Shown piece after piece: positions 8,729-16,709 of a stretch of DNA of 64,000 nt. Source of the DNA: Sphaerochaeta sp. (GTDB taxonomy: Bacteria; Spirochaetota; Spirochaetia; Sphaerochaetales; Sphaerochaetaceae); assembly GCA_048264225.1 (NCBI GenBank), contig JBLXDK010000002.1, positions 9,848-73,847 of the forward strand, given 5' to 3'. The translations under genes were made by a program, and so were the position numbers. Positions within the stretch are counted from its first letter, which is position 1, and each line of letters starts with the position of its first letter. The notes under the pieces were generated by a model, which made no database searches, was not told where the DNA came from, and saw nothing but the letters and a program-made list of their open reading frames with translations.

Positions 8729-9841
8729 TTACTCCTCGATGAGCTGGTCTGTGGATTTTGCCTTAGCTTGTGTTTTGTCAGTCTCTTGGGTCTTCTGGAT
8801 TGCAGCTGTTCCTAAAACCGCTCCAAGATCCATATGATCCAGGATGGAGGCAGGCAGGAGCATCATGGAATTGTTCTGCCGTATGCCTTCGTAGATCATA
8901 TTCATGGAACGTAGCTGCAGTGCGACAGGGTCGTTTGCATACTCCTTCGATGCTTCGGTGAACTTCTTGGCTATCTCCACCTCAGCAGCTCCCAGTATGA
9001 TCCTCGATTCCTTCTCTCTTTCTGCCTGAGCCTGTTTGCTCAAGGAGTTCTCAAGCTCCTTGGGGATGATGATCTCGGTGATCTCCACAGAGAGGATGGT
9101 GACCCCCCAGGGATTGGTCTTCGCATCAAGGTTCTGCTGAATCTCCTTGCCCAGTTCCTCACGTTCGGAGAGAAGGGATGAGAGCTTGTATTTTCCTATG
9201 GAGTCACGCAAGGCTGTCTGGGCAGATAGTATTACCGCCTCGGTATAGTTCTCCACCTCCAGGATTGCCCTCTTGGCATCCCAGATCATCCAGAAGGCGA
9301 GAGCATCGACATGCACCGGTACAGTGTCGCGTGTCAGAGTCTTCTCAGCACTGAAGTCAGTGGCTCGTATGCGCATGTCTATGAACTCGGCTATCCTGTC
9401 TACCAACGGGATAAGGAAGAGGAGCCCAGAGCCGTGGACTTTTTTGAATTTTCCCATCCGTAGGACAATGACCTTATCCCAGTGTTGTATCAGCTGGACT
9501 CCGCTTGCAAGGAGCAACCCTACTGTCAAAAAGATTGCCAGAATATAGAGGTAGGGGGAGAGGTACCCTATGACGACTATCCACATGATGATGAGGATCG
9601 CCATTACCGTGAGCCACATAGGAAGGATCATGATAATGATGGACATCACCAAAACAAAGGTGGACAACAGTACAATTCCCTCTAGGGGGAATTGGGGAAA
9701 GAAGAGCAACTCCATCCATGCTCCTGCTACCATGAAGATGGTGAGGGTCACAAAGGATAGGGCTGTGAACCTAAAATCCTTCTTAAGGGTGAAGCCCTTG
9801 ATGTTCTTGATCTTGTCAAATGGTTTCTGATACTGGCTCAT
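8729..9841 (-). CDS. SPFH/band-7 (stomatin-like) protein with a polytopic N-terminal membrane domain
   Basis: ORF track, 370 aa. About four hydrophobic helices are followed by an SPFH core (...LLFLIPLVDRIAEFIDMRIRATDFSAEKTLTRDTVPVHVDALAFWMIWD...). It ends in a coiled-coil-like tail (...KQAQAEREKESRIILGAAEVEIAKKF...). Confidence 0.8.
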   Translation of the reverse strand: MSQYQKPFDKIKNIKGFTLKKDFRFTALSFVTLTIFMVAGAWMELLFFPQFPLEGIVLLSTFVLVMSIIIMILPMWLTVMAILIIMWIVVIGYLSPYLYILAIFLTVGLLLASGVQLIQHWDKVIVLRMGKFKKVHGSGLLFLIPLVDRIAEFIDMRIRATDFSAEKTLTRDTVPVHVDALAFWMIWDAKRAILEVENYTEAVILSAQTALRDSIGKYKLSSLLSEREELGKEIQQNLDAKTNPWGVTILSVEITEIIIPKELENSLSKQAQAEREKESRIILGAAEVEIAKKFTEASKEYANDPVALQLRSMNMIYEGIRQNNSMMLLPASILDHMDLGAVLGTAAIQKTQETDKTQAKAKSTDQLIEE

Positions 9842-10308
9842 GATGACTCCTCTCTCTGTTTCAGTTCTGCTCCCAGTTCATGGATGCTTATCAGCAGTTC
9901 ATCCAAGGAAAATCCGAAAGATGCTGCCTTTGTAAGGTAGACCTTGGTAATCTGGGAGAGTACCTGATCGCGCTCTATTGCATTGAGGTTGACTTTTTTT
10001 CCGCTGATGAAGGTCCCTGAACCCTGTTGGGTGACCACGATGTTTCGGATTTCCATTTCTGCATAGGCACGGGCCACGGTGTTTGGATTGATGCTCAAGT
10101 CTACAGCAAGACTTCTGACTGTGGGTAGCTGGGTGCCTTTCCCCAGTCTTCCATCAGCAATTGCCATCTCCACCTGGAAGATGATCTGCTTGTAGAAGGG
10201 GACGCCACTTTTCATGTCGAGACTGAATTCAAGTTTGCTCTCGTTTTCTGGGTTCACTTGGCCTCTCTCTTGTTTCTCATAAACTCTTGTACTATTGTAC
10301 GGGTTCAT
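9838..10308 (-). CDS. GntR-family transcriptional regulator, short YtrA-like subtype
   Basis: ORF track, 156 aa. The winged HTH reads LPTVRSLAVDLSINPNTVARAYAEMEIRNIVVTQQGSGTFI. There is no large effector domain. It overlaps the SPFH gene by 4 nt. The first 25-30 residues may be an over-extension. Confidence 0.8.
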   Translation of the reverse strand: MNPYNSTRVYEKQERGQVNPENESKLEFSLDMKSGVPFYKQIIFQVEMAIADGRLGKGTQLPTVRSLAVDLSINPNTVARAYAEMEIRNIVVTQQGSGTFISGKKVNLNAIERDQVLSQITKVYLTKAASFGFSLDELLISIHELGAELKQREESS

Positions 10309-10317
10309 TAGTACAAT
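10294..10317. promoter_or_regulatory. 7-bp inverted repeat ATTGTAC-N10-GTACAAT spanning the annotated gntR start, candidate autoregulatory operator
   Basis: The arms are perfect, at 10294..10300 and 10311..10317. GTAC-containing palindromes are typical of GntR/YtrA operators. Confidence 0.3.
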
Positions 10318-10507
10318 GTCAAGAAATTCATCTTTCAGATTACTACAATATGTTCATCTCCAGAATTGACTGCTTTGATCTTGATAGCCCATGAGGGTGT
10401 AGGTTGGGAAGGTCTTTTACGGGAGTTCAGACAAAAACGTTATTTTCAAACTCCAGTTTGTTTGATGAGTAACATATGTTATACTATGCAATAGGAGTGT
10501 GACTACT

Positions 10508-10720
10508 ATGGATTTTGCCGACGCTATACTGAATGTACGCACGTCTTTACGAATTTCTCAGCAGCAACTTGCAGCAGACCTAAAGGTCAGCTATGCAACG
10601 GTCAATCGGTGGGAAAACAGGAGGACGGTGCCTAATAAAATGACGCTTAACGTTATTAGGCAGTACTGTCATAGTAATCATTTGAAATTCGATTATGAGC
10701 AGGATAGCAATGCGCAATAA
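10508..10720 (+). CDS. XRE-family helix-turn-helix transcriptional regulator
   Basis: The ORF track starts at a GTG at 10499. The ATG at 10508 is better placed, 10 nt after AGGAG (10493..10497). The HTH reads ...LRISQQQLAADLKVSYATVNRWENRRTVP... Confidence 0.8.
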   Translation: MDFADAILNVRTSLRISQQQLAADLKVSYATVNRWENRRTVPNKMTLNVIRQYCHSNHLKFDYEQDSNAQ

Positions 10721-10750
10721 GCGTATTTCTGACTGGCGAAGGATAAAAAT

Positions 10751-12175
10751 ATGCTTCTACCAGAGAATTTACTGGCTTTAATCCGACAAGGAGAAGGTTT
10801 GACCGTAGAGTTCAAGAAATCTACTACGGAAATAACTTCAGACGTCTATGATACTGTTTGCTCGTTTTCCAATAGAGAAGGAGGTCACATCTTTCTTGGT
10901 GTGAAGGACAACGGAGAGATTATTGGTGTGTAAAAAGACCGAGTGGATGAGATGAAGAAATACTTTGTGACAGCAATAAACAATAAGAACAAGATATATC
11001 CACCACTTTATATCAAACCAATTGAGTATGAATTAGAAGGGAAGTCAATCATCTATATACAAGTTCCGAGCTCCCAGAGTGTTTGCCGTTGCAAAGCCAA
11101 GATTTTTGATTGAAATTATGATTCTGACATAGATATCACTGATAATGAAGGCCTCGTTTATCAACTTTATGCTAGGAAGCAAGATACCTATTATGTAAAT
11201 AAAGTTTTTTCTGTCTTCTCTGTATCAGATTTGCGTCATGACCTGATCGACCGAGCTCGCAAGATGTCCAGAGTGAGAACTCTGAACCATCCATGGCAGC
11301 AACTGACCGATGTGGAATTGCTTAGAAGTGCTGGTCTCATTCTTACTGACACTTCAACAGGAAGAGAGGGTATCACCCTTGCAGCCATTCTCTTGTTTGG
11401 ACCGGATAATCTGATAGTATCAGCTCTGGCCCATCACAAGACCGATGCTATCTTCCGTGTGTTCAATATGGATCGTTATGATGATAGAGACGTAATTATT
11501 ACGAACTTGCTTGAAAGCCATGACAGGTTGATTGCCTTTGGCAAAAAGCACTTAAATGACCTTTTTGTTATAGAAGGAATGCAGAGCATCAGCGCCAGAG
11601 ATAAAATTCTCCGAGAAATTGTTTCTAATTCACTCGCACATAGGGATTATGCAAATGCTTACGTAGCAAAGCTAGTTATCGAGAAAGATCGTATCTTTAC
11701 AGAAAATAGTAATCGTTCACACGGATTTGGTGATCTGGATCCTTCATCTTTTGAGCCATTTCCCAAAAATCCACCGATTTCAAAAGTATTCCGTGAAATC
11801 GGCTTGGCTGATGAATTAGGTTCAGGGATGCGCAATACATATAAGTATTCGAAGCTGTATAGCGGTGCTGAACCGACTTTCAGGGAAGGCGATATTTTTA
11901 GAATCATTGTGCCTTTGAATGAAGCCTCTACCGCTACAGTGGGACCTCCTAAAGTTCCAAAGTCTCATGATGAGACTTTGGATGAGACTTTGGAGCTTGC
12001 TATACTGGCACAGATACGCATGAATCCTAGTATAACACAGCGAGAGCTTTCTAAGCAGCTTGCTGTTTCTCTTACAACAATTAAACGTGCAATGGCCCTT
12101 ATGGTGAAAAAGCAAGTGCTCCAACGTACAGGTGGAAAGAGGTTTGGGTATTGGGAAATTCAAGGAGGAGAATGA
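10751..12175 (+). pseudogene. AlbA_2 (Schlafen-type) / RecG-C-terminal-like ATPase / wHTH regulator gene, inactivated by two in-frame stop codons
   Basis: A single reading frame carries the whole gene. It begins with the AlbA_2 N-domain (...GEGLTVEFKKS...SFSNREGGHIFLGVKDNGEIIGV) and hits a TAA at 10931..10933. It then continues KDRVDEMKKYF...CKAKIFD and hits a TGA at 11111..11113. After that it runs NYDSDIDITDNEGLVYQLYARK... into the HATPase_c_4-like part (...SNSLAHRDYANAY...DELGSGMRNTYKY...) and a C-terminal wHTH (...ITQRELSKQLAVSLTTIKRAM...). The track's 11231 'start' is an internal TTG. Confidence 0.8.
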
Positions 12176-12386
12176 TGACCTAGGCAATTCCAAACTGAGT
12201 TGGATGATCCCGGAGTCATAGGTGTGCTACTTTGGACCAAGCTTCTTCCCCATTGTGCTCGTGAGTCCTATTATCCCTTGCACTATGTTTCCAATGTGTG
12301 TACGTTCTGCTAAAACCCTCCTATACCCTGGCTGTAGTTCCTAGAACCAAACTGTTTCTTCCAAAGTACGTACCAACCCTTATCCC

Positions 12387-12422
12387 AAAAGAAATATTCC
12401 AACCTGAAGTGCAGGCTGGAAT
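12387..12422 (-). terminator. Rho-independent terminator downstream of the pirin gene
   Basis: An 11-bp stem (12396..12406 pairs with 12412..12422, with one U-G pair on the minus-strand RNA) is followed on the minus strand by AUUUCUUUU. Confidence 0.6.
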
Positions 12423-12485
12423 ATGGGTTGTGAAAATTTCTATAGGGATGGATACAAGAAGGGAGTGAGGTAGTAGGGTGCTATG

Positions 12486-13331
12486 CTACACCTTGTGCTT
12501 GATGAACGTACCCTCTCGCAACTCCTTGGAAGCCAACTTGAGTTCATCCTGGGTGTTCATTACTATAGGACCTCTCCATGCTATGGGTTCACCCAACGGC
12601 ATACCTACAAAGAGAAAGAAGCGAATGCCCTCTTCTGTGGCAGTGATGTCGATCGTATCACCTTCTCCAAACAGGACTCCCAAGCCGCTTTCGATCGTTT
12701 GCTGGGATTCGCTTACCAGAGCTGAGCCCTCCACCATATAGCAGAATACAGTCTTTCTGGGATCGACATCAAAGGACCATACGGTGTTGGGATCAAGCTT
12801 CACATCGAGGAAGATGGTCTTCACAAAGTCACCCTGCTCAGGACCATTGGTCCCGTTATAGGTGCCGCTGATGACGCGCACAGAGACTCCCTCTTCGGTG
12901 ACGGTGGGGATTTGTTCGGCTCTGATATCCCTGTAGACAGGATCGGTCATCTTGTCCTTCTGAGGCAGGTTGATCCACAATTGGCTGCCAAGCATCCGCT
13001 TGGCCTCCTTGGGCATCTCCTGGTGGATGATGCCACTTCCGGAAGTCATCCACTGACAGCATCCGTCATTGATGGTTCCTTCGTTGCCCAGGCTATCCCC
13101 GTGCTCGATGGTGCCGCTTATCAGGTAGGTGACGGTCTCGATACCCCGGTGTGGATGCCAGGGGAAGCCTTTGACGTAATCGGTGGGGTCGGTGGAATCA
13201 AATGCATCAAGCATCAGGAAGGGGTCGAAGTCGTAGATATCCTGATTTCCGATTACCCTGACAAGCTTGACTCCAGCTCCGTCATACTGTACCGATCCGC
13301 CTGTAGTCTTCTTGATAGCTTTGCTTTGCAT
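12486..13331 (-). CDS. Pirin-family protein (bicupin)
   Basis: The ORF is 12486..13523. The realistic start is the ATG at 13331 (MQSKAIKKTTGGSVQYDGAGVKLVRVIG...), because the upstream part crosses the ferritin terminator. The cupin metal motif reads ...GFPWHPHRGIETVTYLISGTIEHGDS... Confidence 0.85.
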   Translation of the reverse strand: MQSKAIKKTTGGSVQYDGAGVKLVRVIGNQDIYDFDPFLMLDAFDSTDPTDYVKGFPWHPHRGIETVTYLISGTIEHGDSLGNEGTINDGCCQWMTSGSGIIHQEMPKEAKRMLGSQLWINLPQKDKMTDPVYRDIRAEQIPTVTEEGVSVRVISGTYNGTNGPEQGDFVKTIFLDVKLDPNTVWSFDVDPRKTVFCYMVEGSALVSESQQTIESGLGVLFGEGDTIDITATEEGIRFFLFVGMPLGEPIAWRGPIVMNTQDELKLASKELREGTFIKHKV

Positions 13332-13356
13332 TGTAACTCCTTTTTTTGGAATGCCT

Positions 13357-13393
13357 TGAAAAACAACACCCGCTTTCACTGAAAGCGGGTGTT
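13357..13393 (-). terminator. Rho-independent terminator downstream of the ferritin gene
   Basis: A perfect 13-bp stem (aacacccgctttc, 13365..13377, pairs with gaaagcgggtgtt, 13381..13393) has a 3-nt loop. It is followed on the minus strand by GUUUUUC. Confidence 0.8.
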
Positions 13394-13407
13394 GGTAATG
13401 ATTTGTT

Positions 13408-13920
13408 CTAGAGTACCAGGGATGGGGCAGTGAATACTCTTGCTGACAACTCCTTGTCCAGCAAGTAGAGGCCCTTGGGATCAGAACCGAAGAGTTCATA
13501 CTTCTGGATATTCTCCTCTGCATTCATCTCCTCCTCTCCCTGTTCCTTGACAAACCAATCCAGGAACTGGATTGTCCTGTAGTCCTTGAGAAGGGAAGCC
13601 TGCTCATAGATGGTGTTGATGGAGGCCGTCACATACTGCTCATGCTTCAACGCCTCAAGCAGGGGAGCTTTGTTGTCCTCATACTTCTTGGTGGGATCGC
13701 CAATGGCAGGGGATTCGACGGCATAGCCATTGTTGATCAGGTACTGCCTGAAGAGCATGGCATGTGCCATTTCCTCCTGAGCCTGGACCTTGAACCAGTT
13801 CTCATAGCCTACGAGGCCCTTGTGGGCGTAGAAGTTCGCCATATCCAGGTAGAGATAGGCAGAGAAGAACTCTTTGTTGATCTGTTCGTTGATCAGTGTC
13901 ACTATTTTCTTGTCAATCAT
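13408..13920 (-). CDS. ftn: Ferritin (non-haem, Ftn-type)
   Basis: The ORF is 13408..14016. The likely start is the ATG at 13920 (MIDKKIVTLINEQINKEFFSAYLYLDMANFY...). Ferroxidase-centre residues appear in ...QAQEEMAHAMLF... The length is about 170 aa. Confidence 0.85.
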   Translation of the reverse strand: MIDKKIVTLINEQINKEFFSAYLYLDMANFYAHKGLVGYENWFKVQAQEEMAHAMLFRQYLINNGYAVESPAIGDPTKKYEDNKAPLLEALKHEQYVTASINTIYEQASLLKDYRTIQFLDWFVKEQGEEEMNAEENIQKYELFGSDPKGLYLLDKELSARVFTAPSLVL

Positions 13921-14036
13921 GTCTTTCCTCACTTTGTCTGGAGTAACTCCAGTCATGCTCCAATATATCATCAAATGTGCATATCGGCAAATGAAGGAGG
14001 GCTTATCGCCCAACATATTGTGTTAGATTTGCACTG

Positions 14037-15356
14037 ATGGTAGACTCAAGTTCAACTATGAGTGCAATCAAACGCAAGGCATTGTTGCCTAACCAATATC
14101 TGTTGCTGGGATTTTTGCTTATCATCGGAGTAGGTTCGATTCTCCTCTCCCTTCCCTTTTCCCAGAACAAGGGAGTGGACCTTAGCTATATTGATGCCCT
14201 CTTTACCTCAGCAAGCGCCGTCTGTGTGACAGGGTTGGTCACCGTCGATGTCGCGGCCACCTTCTCCCTGTTTGGCAGAATCGTCATTGCCCTGCTTATC
14301 CTGCTTGGGGGGTTGGGCTTTGCTTCGGCTGTCATGGTCTTTATTTTGATGTTCAGTGGCTCTGTCGCCATCGGCAAGTACAGTGTGATCAAGGAAGCGT
14401 ACAACCTCGGAACTGTGAAAGGAACGATGCAGGTGGTGAAGACTGTCGGTCTTGCCGCTTTGATCTTTCAGGTTTTGGGTACCTTCATTGAGTTCTTCAT
14501 ATTCAAAAATACCCATGCACCGCTTCAGGCTTTGGGTCATGCGGCCTTTAACACCATCTCTGCATTCAACAATGCCGGCTTTGATATCCAAGGTGGTTAC
14601 CGGAGCCTGACTGCCTACAAGAACAGTTTGTCCATGAACCTAGTGACTGCTTCCCTGATCATCATCGGCGGTACAGGGTTTTTCGTGCTGGCAGACCTTG
14701 CTCGCGCGCGTAGTTGGAAACGTTTGTCCCTGCACAGCAAGATAGTACTGCTCATGAACACCTCCCTGCTCCTATTGGGGACTCTTGCTTTCTTTCTCAT
14801 TGAAAAAACCTCATTGCTGAGCGCCTTCTTCCAGAGCACCAGTGCAAGGACTGCAGGCTTCAACACCATAGACATTGGCTCTATGGCAGAGGCTGGACAG
14901 TTTCTGATGATGATCCTGATGTTTATAGGGGCATCACCAGGCTCTACCGGTGGTGGGATAAAGACCACCACGGCCTTTGCGCTTCTGTTGAGCCTCGGAT
15001 CCATGATCAGGCGAAGGGAACCTTCGGCTTTCAACAGGAAGATTGATGAGGTGAGTATCCTCAAGGCATTCCAAGTGTTGTTGTTGGCATTTCTGGTGCT
15101 AGGTTTTGGTATAACAGGCTTGCTGTTGATAGAGAAGGACAGCTTCAGCTTTTTGCAGGTTGCCTTTGAAAGCGTATCTGCCTTTGCAACGGTAGGCCTT
15201 TCAACAGGAATTACCCCACACCTGCATACCGCTTCGAAGTTTGTCCTTATGGTGGTCATGTTCATCGGTAGGGTGGGGCCCATCACCATAGCAACCAGCA
15301 TCAGGGGCAAACAATCGGTTCTGAAGTATGTTGAGGAGAAGGTGTTCATCGGATGA
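14037..15356 (+). CDS. ktrB: TrkH/KtrB-family potassium uptake membrane subunit
   Basis: ORF track, 439 aa. It is a polytopic protein with repeated selectivity-filter-like loops (...SAVCVTGL..., ...NNAGFDI..., ...ARTAGFNT..., ...ATVGLSTG...). Confidence 0.85.
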   Translation: MVDSSSTMSAIKRKALLPNQYLLLGFLLIIGVGSILLSLPFSQNKGVDLSYIDALFTSASAVCVTGLVTVDVAATFSLFGRIVIALLILLGGLGFASAVMVFILMFSGSVAIGKYSVIKEAYNLGTVKGTMQVVKTVGLAALIFQVLGTFIEFFIFKNTHAPLQALGHAAFNTISAFNNAGFDIQGGYRSLTAYKNSLSMNLVTASLIIIGGTGFFVLADLARARSWKRLSLHSKIVLLMNTSLLLLGTLAFFLIEKTSLLSAFFQSTSARTAGFNTIDIGSMAEAGQFLMMILMFIGASPGSTGGGIKTTTAFALLLSLGSMIRRREPSAFNRKIDEVSILKAFQVLLLAFLVLGFGITGLLLIEKDSFSFLQVAFESVSAFATVGLSTGITPHLHTASKFVLMVVMFIGRVGPITIATSIRGKQSVLKYVEEKVFIG

Positions 15357-15372
15357 GTAAGGAGAGTATTGC

Positions 15373-16044
15373 ATGAAAAGTGAATTTGATTTGGATGCCT
15401 ATGGTATCATTGGCTTGGGTAAATTCGGTCTCTCCCTCGCCTTGGAACTGACCAAGGCCGGCAAGGACGTCATCGTGCTGGAGATCGAGGAAGAGAAGCT
15501 TGATGCGGTCAAAGACCAGCTGGTAAATATTTATCCCGTAACGGGCATCACCCAGGATGTATTGAAAGAGTCAGGGGTTGCTCACTGTGGGACTGTTATC
15601 GTATGCATAGGAAAGGACTTGGAGTCAAACATACTTGCAACAATGAATGCCCTGGAGCTGAAGATACCACGGGTCATAGCAAAAGCCAGCAGTGTTGACC
15701 ATGGAAGGGTCCTGGAGAAGATAGGGGCAGAGGCAGTCTATCCCGAAGTTGATATGGGCGTCCGTCTTGCCCACTCGCTTGTTGCTACAGGCACCCTCGA
15801 TTTCCTTGAGCTGTGCGATGATTTCTCCATAGCCAACATCACCATTTCAGAGAGCTTTGTCGACCAGACGATTGAGGAGTTGAATATCCGCAAGAAATAC
15901 CATCTGAACATCATCGTGGTGCTCCGTGACGATAAGGCCATCAGCGAGATAACACCTGACCTTGTTCTCAAGACAGAGGATATCCTGGTGGTCGGGGGAA
16001 CCAACGAAGCCATCAAGAAGTTTGAGAAGGCGAACGAGGTCTAG
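15373..16044 (+). CDS. ktrA: TrkA/KtrA-family potassium uptake regulatory subunit (RCK domains)
   Basis: ORF track, 223 aa. The N-terminal Rossmann motif is IIGLGKFGLSLA, followed by a C-terminal TrkA_C-like region. It lies directly downstream of ktrB. Confidence 0.85.
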   Translation: MKSEFDLDAYGIIGLGKFGLSLALELTKAGKDVIVLEIEEEKLDAVKDQLVNIYPVTGITQDVLKESGVAHCGTVIVCIGKDLESNILATMNALELKIPRVIAKASSVDHGRVLEKIGAEAVYPEVDMGVRLAHSLVATGTLDFLELCDDFSIANITISESFVDQTIEELNIRKKYHLNIIVVLRDDKAISEITPDLVLKTEDILVVGGTNEAIKKFEKANEV

Positions 16045-16553
16045 GAAAGAGAGGAAGCATACTCTGTGGCAGCCTCAGCATAGTGCTTGGCATTCTCTCT
16101 CATCCCTTCCAATTCCTCCTCTGTCAGGGCTCGAATGAACTTGGCAGGGGAGCCCATGACCAGACTCCTTGGGGGATAGGTCTTGCCCGGAGGGATCAAG
16201 GAAGCCGCACCGACTAATGTTTCTTCCGCTAGGACTGCTTCATCAAGTATGGTCGATCCCATACCTATGAGACATCCGTCCCCTATTGTACAGGAGTGGA
16301 GTATCACAGCATGACCTATAGTCACATTATCTCCAATTGACAGTGGCAAGCCGATGGTACAATGGACCACCGTATTGTCCTGGATGTTGCTGCCCTCACC
16401 TATATGGATGGGGGCGACATCACCTCTGAGGGTGGTGTTGAACCATACTGAGGAGGCTTTGCCTATCTCAATCTCCCCGATGACATCGGCAGAAGGTGCG
16501 ATAAAGCAAGTGGGGTCTATATGGGGGTGTTTGTCTCTGAAGTTCACGATCAT
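16041..16553 (-). CDS. Gamma-carbonic-anhydrase-like / hexapeptide-repeat (LbH) protein
   Basis: The ORF is 16041..16640. The likely start is the ATG at 16553 (MIVNFRDKHPHIDPTCFIAPSADVIGEIEIG...). Left-handed beta-helix hexapeptide repeats run throughout. Its 3' end overlaps the convergent ktrA stop by 4 nt. Confidence 0.8.
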   Translation of the reverse strand: MIVNFRDKHPHIDPTCFIAPSADVIGEIEIGKASSVWFNTTLRGDVAPIHIGEGSNIQDNTVVHCTIGLPLSIGDNVTIGHAVILHSCTIGDGCLIGMGSTILDEAVLAEETLVGAASLIPPGKTYPPRSLVMGSPAKFIRALTEEELEGMRENAKHYAEAATEYASSLS

Positions 16554-16625
16554 GGTAGGGTTCCTCTCTTGGTTCCAAGCATACTGTGAAAGAGAGGGTT
16601 CTGGGTAGTATCCAATAGTGCTGGT

Positions 16626-16660
16626 GCAAGTCATTTGCATTATGTTTGCAAATGACTTGC
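16626..16660. promoter_or_regulatory. 14-bp perfect inverted repeat GCAAGTCATTTGCA-N7-TGCAAATGACTTGC upstream of znuA, candidate Zur operator
   Basis: The arms are at 16626..16639 and 16647..16660, about 50 bp upstream of the znuA start (16710). They overlap a plausible -35 TTGCAA. A Fur/Zur-family gene closes the operon. Confidence 0.4.
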
Positions 16661-16709
16661 AAATTTTCCTCTCTCTCAGTATTCTTTCCTTACCCCCTAA
16701 GGAGGGAGT

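Noticed and set aside
13921-14036. A possible c-di-AMP (ydaO-type) riboswitch upstream of ktrB.
   Set aside because: The gap is only 116 nt and is shared with the divergent ferritin promoter. I could not recognise the conserved pseudo-two-fold ydaO core. It is too short for that riboswitch.
14133-14144. A GGTTCGATTCTC string resembling a tRNA T-arm.
   Set aside because: It lies inside the ktrB coding frame, and no acceptor, D or anticodon arms can be folded around it. I recognised no tRNA or rRNA anywhere in the window.
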